Made by a program: the position numbers and the translations under genes. Source: Mobula hypostoma (lineage: Eukaryota). Taken from it: a DNA stretch of 64,000 bases. Of this stretch, positions 1 to 10,136 are shown piece after piece. Below the pieces are notes generated by a model. The model ran no database searches. It saw nothing but the letters and a program-made list of their open reading frames with translations, and was not told the origin of the DNA. The stretch's first letter is position 1. Every line of letters begins with the position of its first letter. The DNA lies in assembly GCF_963921235.1 (NCBI RefSeq), contig NC_086108.1, positions 83,144,001 to 83,208,000 on the forward strand, given 5' to 3'.

Positions 1-612
1 GGAGAAGGCTGGTAGGTTCCAGGTGAAAAAACAGTGAGGGGAAAGATAAAGGGGTGGGGGAGGGGAAGCAGGGAGATGATAGGCAGGAAAGGTGAAGAAG
101 GAATAGGGGAAAACACAATGGGTAGTAGAAGGAGGTGGAACCAAGAGGGAGGTGATAGGCAGCTGGGGGAGGGGGCAGAGTGACATAGGGATAGGGGAAG
201 GGAGGGGGAGGGAATTACCAGAAGTTGGAGAATTCTATGTTCATACCAAGGGGCTGGAGACTACCTAGACGGTATATGAGGTGTTGCTCCTCCAACCTGA
301 GTTTAGCCTCATCATGGCAGTAGAGGAGGCCATGTATGGACATATCTGAATGGGAGTGGGAAGCAGAATTGAAGTGGGTGGCTACTGGGAGATCCTGTCT
401 ATTTTGACGGACGGAGTGGAGGTGCTCGACGACGCGGTCCCCCAACCTGTGTCGGGTTTCACCGATGTAGAGGAGGCCGCACCGGGAGCACTGGATGCAA
501 TAGATGACCCCAACAGACTCAGAAGTGAAGTGTTGCCTCGCTTTGAAGTACTGATTGGGGCCCTGAATGGTGGCAAGAGAGGAGGTGTAGGGACAGGTAT
601 AGCACTTGTAGC
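1..612 (-). mobile_element. Penelope-like element (PLE) 3' fragment: GIY-YIG endonuclease plus pyrimidine-rich terminal repeat
   Basis: ORF 215-616 contains GVIYCIQCSRCGLLYIGET...R..EH...HF...E...GMN, typical of PLE GIY-YIG endonucleases. Confidence 0.85.
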
Positions 613-1537
613 ACATCTCTGTAAGATTATAAACTATAGATTTTCATTGATTCTATTGTATTTTTTGTCCTATTGTGAATGTCTGCAAGAAAATAAATCT
701 TAGTTATGTATATGTTATAGTATATAGTAGCGAATATGTGCTCTGATAATAAAGTTACTGTGAATTTTGAATAACCATCTGCACTAATCCCATTAACCAA
801 CACTTGACCCTTAACCTTCTATGCTTTGGTGATTCAAGGGATCAACTATTCTCACTTTTTTAATATTTTGAGAATACCTGCCTCCCTTATCTCTGGTAAT
901 GCCTTCCAGTTTCCATCAACCCGTCTGGGATAAAAAATTTTCACTGATTCACTCCAAACCTCTTATTCTTTACTATGAACCCATGCGGCCAAGCTTTATA
1001 TAATTCCGCCAAGGGGAGAAGTTTCCAAACAGCGACTTTGTGTATGCTCCTCATAATTTTGTATACTTCATCAGTCTCCCTCAATTTCCTATGTCTTTTT
1101 GAAAGCGTGCTGGTTAGTTTTGTAGACAATATTCCATTTGAGGCTAATCTAGTATTTTATAATGGTCTAGCGTGACTGCTTCACTTTGAATTCCGTTTCT
1201 TTATTGATACAGGATAAAAACAGCATTATTACTTCCTTTATTAACCTCTCTCAGGATTTGTGTACAGGGCACCCAGGTTCTTCATTTATTAACCTCTTCC
1301 AAGTTATATTCTTTGCCATGTTTTATTTAAAGAACATTTCAATATCATATGGGAATTGCCTGTTAATATCAACAAAGATGAGGGTTTCTGCTTACTAGTT
1401 TTGAGATATTTGTATTAGGTGCCTGTCTTCACTTCTTCAGATAGAATATCATCCCAAACTCTACAATAATTGATGCACCACTTAATTATGAATACCATTC
1501 ATTGATAAATTTGTGATTTGTCAATGTGTCGCAAGGT

Positions 1538-1623
1538 CTACATATGGTGAAACAAAATATGATCAAAAATTTCATTAAAATAGTGAAAATAAGAAATCTT
1601 CACTTTATAGATGAAGGATACCA
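1538..1623 (-). CDS. Possible terminal coding exon (V-VSFIYKVKISYFHYFNEIFDHILFHHM*), uncertain
   Basis: Strong acceptor ttcttttgtgttggtttttgcag| after a 107-nt intron, in frame to TAG at 1538-1540. Composition is AT-rich and intron-like, so the gene may instead continue beyond the window. Confidence 0.25.
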
Positions 1624-1730
1624 CTGCAAAAACCAACACAAAAGAATTTTTCATCTTAACTGTAAATTATAGAGCATTGTTAACAGCAGAAACACAGAGT
1701 TAAAAGGCCACATTATGATATTAAAATCAC

Positions 1731-1802
1731 CTTCTCTTGCATAACTGACAGACGCCAGCTCTGGATTATAGTTGGTTTGCTGTGGATGGACTCTCATGTT
1801 TC
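1731..1802 (-). CDS. Putative coding exon 3 (G-NMRVHPQQTNYNPELASVSYARE)
   Basis: Acceptor cctttcttattgtag| and donor AAG|gtgatt. 72 nt, phase 1-1, open in the frame set by exons 1-2. Confidence 0.65.
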
Positions 1803-2289
1803 CTACAATAAGAAAGGAACGTTACAATGTTACAAGTTCCACTCATTGCTTTTCATTACAGAAGAGGTATTTTGAACTTCTTGCATCATGTAACCAAACA
1901 GATAAGACTCCAGAATGTAATTTAAAACTCAGGGATTATATTCTGAAAGTGAACGTGCCTTTTGAAAAGTGATCACAAATCATTCTTGTAGCTATACCCA
2001 CTACCCTCAGAACGTTACAGTTTAGAATCCTGCACATTGCAGTTATCAATGTTTCCAAAAACCCATTGAAAGAATTTAGATGAATCCAGGGTAGTTCATT
2101 AATCAGTAGTACATTTATCCTAGGAGCTGCTAGGCAATCAAACTTCTACTTCTGAGAGCACTGTATCTACTTTGGAGAACTTTAATTACAAAACATTTAT
2201 CCACAGCAATTACGTAATTATAGTTTTAAATCTTCCTCAGGAAAAATGCCAGCTGTGTTCATTACTCATTCTACTGGAAGGATGGATGG

Positions 2290-4716
2290 GTTCAGAAAGA
2301 TTGGGGATAGTATAGTCAGGAGAATAGACAGAGTTCTCTGTCACAAGGTTAGAGTGTCCCAAAGGCTTGTGTTGCCTGCCTGGTGCCCAGGTTCTGTACA
2401 TTCTCATCTGACTTGCAGAGGAATTTGCAGTGGGAGGGGAAAGATCAGTCGTCGTAGTCCATGTGGGTACAAACGACATAGGTAGAATGAGAAAAGAGGT
2501 TCTGCTAAGGGAATTTGAGCAGCTAGGGATTAAATTAAAACACAGAACCAAAAAGGTGGTAATCTCTGGATTACTAGCTGAGCCACGTGCAAATTGGCAT
2601 AGGGTCAAGAAGATTAGAGAGTTAAATACATGGCTCAAGGATTGGTGTGGGAGAAGTAGGTTTGAATTCATGGGAAATTGGCACCAGTATTGGGGAAGGA
2701 GGGAGCTGTATCAATGGAATGGGCTCCACCTGAACCATGATGGGACCTGGATCCTAGCGAATCGCTTTAAACTAAATAGTAGGGTGGTGGGTTCAACAGA
2801 TTGAAGAAATATGGATAAAGTAAAAGAGATAAAGAAAAAGCAAAAGATAGAAAAAGAGAAAAGTAAGAGTGGAGTGAAGAAAAGTCAAGTGCAAAAGAGA
2901 AACAGGTTACAAGATTTTAAAAGCACAATGACTGGAAGGGCACTTTATCTGAATGCCGTAGTATTCGAAATAAGGTCAGTGAACTTGTGGCACAAATCAG
3001 TACAAAGGGGTATGATTTAGTGGCTATTACAGAGACATGGTTACAGGGTGGAGAGGATTGGAAATTAAATATCCAAGGATATCAGGTTATACAGATAGAC
3101 AGGGAGGTGGGGTAGCACTCCTAATTATGGATGAGATCAGGGTGATAGTGAGAGACAATATAAGATCTAAGGAGCAGAATGTTGAATCCATCTAGGTAGA
3201 GATTAGGAATAGTAAAGGGGAAAAAAATCGCAGGTGGGAGTTGTCTATTGGTCACTGAATAATAACATTACGGTGACACTGATAATAAACAGAGAAATAT
3301 GTGAGGCATGTAAGAATGGGACAGCCATTATCCACATAAATTGGGTAAATCAAGTCGGTCAAGGCAGTCTTGAGGAGGGCTTCATAGAATGCATCCATGA
3401 TGGCTTTCTTGAACAGTATGTTACTGAACCTACAAGGCACTATCTTTCACTGTGCTATCTTAAATCTGGTCCTGTGCAATAAGACAGGTAAAATTAGTGA
3501 TCTTGTAGTTAGGGATCCTCTTGGAAAAAGTGATCACAGTATGCTTGAGTTTCTCATACAAATGGAGCGTGCAATAGTTCGATCAAAGACCAGTGTATTA
3601 TGCCTAAACAATGGAGACTACAATGGGATGAAGGAGAATTTGGCTAGTGTAGATTATGAAAAGAAGCTAGTACAAAATATAAAAACAGATAGTAAAAGTT
3701 TTTATAATTATATAAAGAGCAAAAGGGTGACTAAAGTGAATGCAGGTCCCGTGGAGAACGAGAAGGGGGAATTTATATTGGGTAATGAGGAAATAGAAGA
3801 GAGTTTGAATGACTATTTTGTGTTGGTCTTCATGGTGGAGGACATGTCTAACATGCCAAAGAGAGATGTTGTGGATATGATGGGAGGTGAGGACCTTGAC
3901 ACAATAACTACCACTAAAGAGGTACTGCTGAGCAAATTTGTGGGCCTGAAGATAAATAAGTCCCCTGGTCCTGATGGAATGCATCCCAGGGTACTGAAAG
4001 AAATGGCGGAAGTTATACTAGAGGCTTTTGTGATAATTTACCAAAATTCTCTTGACTCTGGGCAGGTCCCAGCAGACTGGAAGATGGCAAAAGTCGTGCC
4101 ACTGTTCAAAAAAAGGATGTAGGCAAAAGGCAGGTAACTATAGGCCAGTTAGTTTAACATCGGTAGTTGGGAAAATACTTGGAACTATCATTAAGGAAGA
4201 AATAGCGAGGCAGTGCAGTGGAGGTTCACCAGGTTGATTCCAGAGATGAGGGAGTTAGACTATGAGGACAGATTGAGTTGCCTGTGAATGTACTTGCTGG
4301 AATTCAGAAGAATAAGAGAAGATCTTATAGAAACATATAAAATTATGAAAGGGATAGATAAGATAGAGGCAGGAAAGTTGTTTCCACAGATAGGTAAGAC
4401 TAGAACTAGGGGATGTAGCCTCAAGATTTGGGGAAGTAGATTTAGGACAGAGATGAGGAGGAACTGCTTTTCCCAGAGAGTGCTAAATCTGTGGAATTCT
4501 CTGCCCAATGAAGCAGTGGAGGCTACCTCAGTAAATATATTTAAGACAATGTTGGATAGATTTTTGCGTAGTAGGGGAATTAAGGGTTATGGGGAAAAGG
4601 CAGGTAGGTGGAGATGAGTCCATGATCAGATCAGCCATGATCTTATTGAATGACAGAGCAGGCTCGACGGGCCAGATGGCCGATTCCTGTTCCTGTTTCT
4701 TATGTTCTTATGTTCT
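2290..4716 (+). mobile_element. Degenerate CR1 LINE with ORF1 SGNH-esterase remnant, endonuclease and partial RT; internally deleted
   Basis: VVVHVGTNDIG...GLHLN (esterase), ITETWL and LGKSDH (APE endonuclease), KSPGPDGMHPRVLKE, YRPVSLTS, CR1 C-terminus RVLNLWNSLP, 3' tail (tatgttct)n. Confidence 0.9.
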
Positions 4717-5316
4717 TAAAGATAATCTAAGCGAATCAGCTCAAACTGGTTAGAAAGTCGCCCAAAAAAGTGTTTTAACCTCATTTACTGCAAGATTTAA
4801 AATTCATGAATTAGTTATCTATTCATGGAGAAACACAAACATGAAGTCTGTTATCTTGTCATGTATTGTTTTGTATCCCATTGGATTAAAAAATCTTTCT
4901 AATTTGTCAGATTTACTACAGCATAATTTTTGATACTATTTTGTTTAGAGTTATAAGTTTATTCTCTTAAACTTGCAACTATAAACAATAGAGTAGCACC
5001 AACAAACAATTGAACAAGTAGTCCCAGTGGATGACAACTTGTTGCCCCAAAACACCATTATCTAATAGTTAGACAAAAATAAAATGCTGTGGATAACAGA
5101 AATCTGAAACAAAGTATGAAAAATTTGCCAGAAATACTGAATGATGATTAACATTGAAAGATAATTATAAGATTAGAAATTCTAATTGACCTGAAATGTC
5201 CTCACTGCTTCTCTCTCTGTGGTTGGTGCCTGTCCACCATGTTCTGCCCTTATTCACAAATGGTATTGATATACTACGTTGGTGAAAGTGAGATCACAAG
5301 ACTATACCTGTTAATC

Positions 5317-5598
5317 ATTCAAGCAACACACATCAAAGTTGCTGGTGAACACAGCAGGCCAGGCAGCATCTCTAGGAAGAGGTACAGTCGACGTTTCAGG
5401 CCGAGACCCTTCGTTAGGACTAACTGAAGGAAGAGTTAGTAAGAGATCTCTTCCTTCAGTTAGTTCTGACGAAGGGTCTCGGCCTGAAACGTCGACTGTA
5501 CCTCTTCCTAGAGATGCTGCCTGGCCTGCTGCGTTCACCAGCAAATTTGATGTGTGTTGCTTGAATTTCCAGCATCTGCAGAATTCCTGTTGTTTGCG
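5317..5598. mobile_element. Palindromic PLE-derived mini-element (inverted terminal-repeat pair)
   Basis: Arms 5317-5435 and 5448-5566 are reverse complements with 4 mismatches. The element is flanked by the direct repeat ctgttaatcattca (5308-5321, 5599-5612). Arms match PLE terminal repeats at ~14240-14362 and ~34341-34480. Confidence 0.85.
5462..5497 (+). ncRNA. Minimal type I hammerhead ribozyme motif (PLE type)
   Basis: agtt-CTGACGA-agg(gtctcgg)cct-GAAA-CG-TC-gact: conserved core, 3-bp stem II, stem I agtt/gact, palindromic ACGT replacing stem III. Confidence 0.7.
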
Positions 5599-6699
5599 CT
5601 GTTAATCATTCAGTTAGTTAGTAAAGAGAACCTTAAGGATAGAGAGGTATTTTGTGACAATCTAAAAGAATTCACATTGTTTATTAACAATAATTTGCTA
5701 TGGTTTGAGTTTGCTAGAATATTTGTGAAGTTAAATGAAGCAGAAATGGGAAATCAGATGAGATGATGTCAACATGGGTCCATAGCTAAGTGTCTTGGAG
5801 AAAAATGAAATCAGACCATGGGTGCTAATTTTAGTTTGTTTAAAAGCACGTACAAGGTACTCAGTTATGTCTGCTGTACAACCATTTAACATCTCATGTG
5901 ACTTTCTTTGCTTAAAAGCAAGATAGCTCTGTATTTTTGATTTGTAATGTTTTGTCCACAAACCTACAAGGAATTTAAGCTTGTATACGAACATCTCTTG
6001 TGCTGAATCTATTTAAACATTTTAACAAATGTCTTTTCTACAAACATTTGTTGTTTTTTGTTTATTTGTACAAATACCACGTGCATTATTTCTGAGTTGA
6101 TTTGAGCTGAATTTTTGGTTTTCATATGACTTAAACTATGAATTTCCTTTGGATTCATGAGAAAATATTGGCACTTTGAAATCAATGCAGGGATTAATCA
6201 TTCTAAGCTGAAGTGTGAAAATGGTTGTTGAGAATGTTCTTTTCGATTAAGATCGTGCATCTAGGAATAAGAAAAAGATTGAACTGAATTTTTAAGTAAC
6301 AGTGGTTTGATTTAACCAAACCTCACTTGTGAAATGATGAAAAGAAGGAAGAGTTTACTTTCTAAACTTTTAGCCTTGAAGTTTTGCTATGGCAACTGAT
6401 GTGCAATTCATTCTAATTAGGTGACTAAATTCAGCATTGCTTTAGCCAGTTAAATTTTTTAATATAATCTTTTTAAATTAATTTGAATGATTATAAAATA
6501 AATACTCCTAATTTGCCAAGATGTAGTCTTACATAATTAACGTAGACAATAATCATTAATCCTTCCCTTATCCAGTAGGTTCAACTAAACAAATCCTGTG
6601 TTCTTCTACAATAGCTTAAGTATAATTTCCATAAGTTCCTATGAACACTGACTAAATCAGGTAAGTACCTCAACCATCCAAGAAAATACTACACTAATT

Positions 6700-8640
6700 C
6701 AAATTCGCCAACAACGCTATCGTTGTTGGATGAATCACAGGCGGCATTGAGTCAATTTACTGGAGCGAGATAGGTCTCCTGGTTGAGCAAAAATAATTGC
6801 TCACTCAATGCCAGCAAAAGGGCTGATTGTTGACTTCAGGAAGGGGAAGGAGGGTGAACATGTGCCCGTCTACACAGGGCAATCAGTGGTCGAGAGAGTC
6901 AGTGGCTGAAAATTCCTGTGTATCAACATATCTGATGACACAGCACATAGATGCAGCCACATGAAAAGTGTGCCTTTGCTTTCTGAGGAGTTTAAGGAGA
7001 TTCAGTTTAATATTGAAAACTAACAAACTTCTACAGATGTACCATTGAAAGTATTCTAATTGGTGGCATCATAGCCTGATATGGCAAATTGAATATGCAG
7101 GAACATAAGAAGCTGCAGAAAGTAGTGCTCAACATTTCATGGACACATCTTCTCCATTATTGTTAGCGTCTACAGGGAACATTCCTCAGGAAGGCAACAT
7201 CTTAAAGGGGCAGGTTATGCCTCACAAGCCTGATTGAATTATTGAGGGAAGTAATAGAATCAATTGATGAAGGTAGAGTAGAGAATGTGGTCTATATGGA
7301 TTTTAGTAAGGTGCTTACCCTTGTTCGGCTCATTAGGAAATTCAGGAGGCATGAGATCTAGGGAAACTAGATTCAGAATTGACAGAATAGTATTGGATGG
7401 AGCATATTCTGCCTGGAGGATGGTGTCCAGTGGTGTTCCACAAGGATCTGGTCTGGGACCCTTGCTCTTTGTGATTTTGTAAATGATTTGGATGAGGAAA
7501 TGGTGGGGTGGGTTAGTAAGATTGCAGATGACACCAAGGTTGGTGGCGTTGTGGATAGTATAGAAGTTTGTTGTTGGTTACAATGGAGCATTGACAGGAC
7601 ACAGAGCTGGGGTGAGAAGTGGCAGACGGCCTTCAATCTAGAAAAGTGTGAAGTGATACACTTTGGAAGGTTGAACTTGAAGTCTGGATATAGGGTTCAT
7701 GGCAGGCCTCTTAGAGGTGAGGATCCTTCAAAGTTGCCATGAAAGTTGAAAGAGTGGTTAAGAAGGTGTATAGTGTGTTGGGAGATTGAGTTAAAGAGCC
7801 ACAAGGTGATTTTGCAGCTCTATAAAAATCTGGTCGTCTCATTGTAGGAAGGTTGTGGAAGGTGAAGAGAAGATTTGCCTGGAAGCTGCGTGGATTAGAG
7901 AGCACGTCTTATGAGGAAAGGGTGGGGAGGATGAGAGGTGACGATAGATCTGTACAAGATGATAAGAGACACAAACAGAGTGAACAGCTTATGCCTTTTT
8001 ATCTGGACAGAAGTAACTAATACAAGAAGGCAGAATAATAAGATGGTTGTAGGAAAGCATTTGGGGGGAATGTCAGAGGTTGTTTGTTTACACAAAGAGT
8101 GGAGGGTGTGTGGAATGCCTTGCCAGTCTGGTGTTAGAGGCAGAAACATCAGACACATTTAACAGGCTCTTAGGCAAATGTACAATAAAGAAAATGGACA
8201 GCTATGTTGGAGAGAAGTATTAGATTGATCTTGGAGTAGGTTAAAAGGTCGGCACAACATCATGGGCATGGGGTCTGTACAATTTTCTATCTACATCACA
8301 GAACCGGGGCTATGCCAGCTTATCACAGTTTCAATCAGGAAGGAGGTACAGAAACCTAAAGTCCCATACTGACAGGTTCAAGAACAGCTACCTCCCCTCA
8401 ACCATCTGTCAAAATCCTATGCACTACAGTGCAACATAGAAACACTATGACCACTTCGCACTAAAATGGATTTCTTTTATTCCAATTATGTTTTCCTGTA
8501 AAAAGTTATGTACAATTTATGCTTTTCTTTTGAATGTTGCTTATATGATGCTCTGCATCTATGATACTGCTGCAAGTAGGTTTTTCACTGCACTTCTGCC
8601 TACATGCATTTGTGCATGTGACAATAAACTGGACTTTGAC
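6700..8640 (+). mobile_element. Degenerate Rex1/Babar-type LINE 3' half, split by a CR1 fragment
   Basis: KFA(DD)..VVG and LIVDFRK motifs at 6700-6850. The SGRRYR...RFKNSY C-terminus resumes at ~8335. Confidence 0.65.
7205..8290 (+). mobile_element. Degenerate CR1 RT/3' fragment nested in Rex1
   Basis: SGVPQGSGLGPLLF, KIADDTKVGG, CEVIHFG motifs and a CR1-type 3' UTR. Confidence 0.85.
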
Positions 8641-9424
8641 TAGAAGGTCAGCATCTGGAACAAAGTGATTGCACAAGTTCATTCTACAAAGAGAAATGAC
8701 CTAGCTCACTCATCATATCCTCATAAGACACGCTCTCTAGTCCAAGAAGCCTCCTGTTAATTTCATTCTAGGACAGAGAGAGGTGCATAGCATTATGGAG
8801 GGTTATAGCAGAGAAATGGGTCCTTTGGCCTACAGGGTCTGTGCTGACCAATAACCACTTTATCACCCCACACCTGATACACAAACCAAACATATTGTTA
8901 AATAAGGTCTGTTTAATGGGAACGCTTTGAAGAATGTGTTACTTATTGCAAAACACCTCTGATGTACATTTGGCCATTATGATAATATGGTTATTTCAGT
9001 TACATTTCTGTTCATGATTTTGCTAATGATGCAAAACTGACCACAGATATTCTTAAACATCAAGGGGAGATGGCCTTTTTCTGATACCTAGATGCCAGTA
9101 ATGACATACCCCACATGTAAACCAAGCTTCTACAGGATCTGGAGCTAACTGTGATGGAAATGTTTAAGGATATCCTCAGCCCAATCCCTCCAATTTATGT
9201 TGGGGGAAGGACATTGAAATAACAGCTCACAAGGGGAACTCTTCCCTGAGAAATTCATGAAGACTTGTGATTGGTTTCCAATAATCACAGCTTCCACGTT
9301 CTGGTGCAACTCAGTTCTTGCCTTCAAATCCCATTGACTTCAACTTTATTCAGTATCAATCACTCGTGACTTGCATCTGTCCATAAACTCTCATTTGATT
9401 CTTTTGCCTCTCACTGACACTCAG

Positions 9425-9610
9425 GAATAACTTACAGTTGCTAAGTTGATGTACTACTTACATCATTTTGGGATGTAGAAGGAAACCTGGCAGAAGTCCA
9501 AACGGACTCATGGGGAGAACATGCAACCCTCAGTCAAACAAACCCCTGAGGTCAGGATTGAATCCAAGACTCTGGAGGTGTGAGGCAGCAACACCAAGTG
9601 CTGTGGAACA
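9425..9610 (-). mobile_element. tRNA-derived V-domain-type SINE (HE1-like), degenerate
   Basis: ggatgtagaaggaaacc...ggggagaacatgcaa...ggattgaatcc pattern shared with the SINEs at 22277 and 37200. Confidence 0.6.
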
Positions 9611-10136
9611 ACCACACTCCCTTCAAAGGTAACTAATCTTACTTCCATTTTCTGAAACTCATCCAAGGCAGGCAGAGTTCAAAAGTAAACCAAACTCTTG
9701 ATATGAACATCAACAAAAAGCAATTTCCTGCAATTCACTTAATAATGAAATTTCTGTATTGTTTAGAGATTTACAATTTTGTGCAAGCTGATATCTCCTA
9801 TCTAAGGTGGCACAGCCATTTACTTTTAGCTAATTCTTTACAATCAAACATATCATTAAGTAAAACTTGTTTTATTTAACTATTTCTCTTTTGGCTCCTC
9901 CCATTTTCTCCAAACTCACAGTGTACCCATGGGCACCTGCATGGACCCTAGCTATGCCTGACTTTTCGTTGTCAACATGGAACAGTCCATATTCCAAGCT
10001 TTCTCTGGTAATACTCCCCAACTTTTTCTGCATGACACTGACAACTGCTTTGGTGCTGTTTCATGCACCCATGCTGAGCTTTGTCAATTTCATCAACATT
10101 GCCTTCAACTTCCACCCTGCTCGTAAATTCACTTGG

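Noticed and set aside
5317..5566. Pre-miRNA or CRISPR-like structure
   Set aside because: The hairpin derives from a dispersed PLE repeat with a TSD; there is no repeat-spacer periodicity anywhere in the window.
6575..6666. Plus-strand exon ending in a perfect CAG|gtaagt donor
   Set aside because: All frames upstream of the donor contain stops and I found no partner exons.
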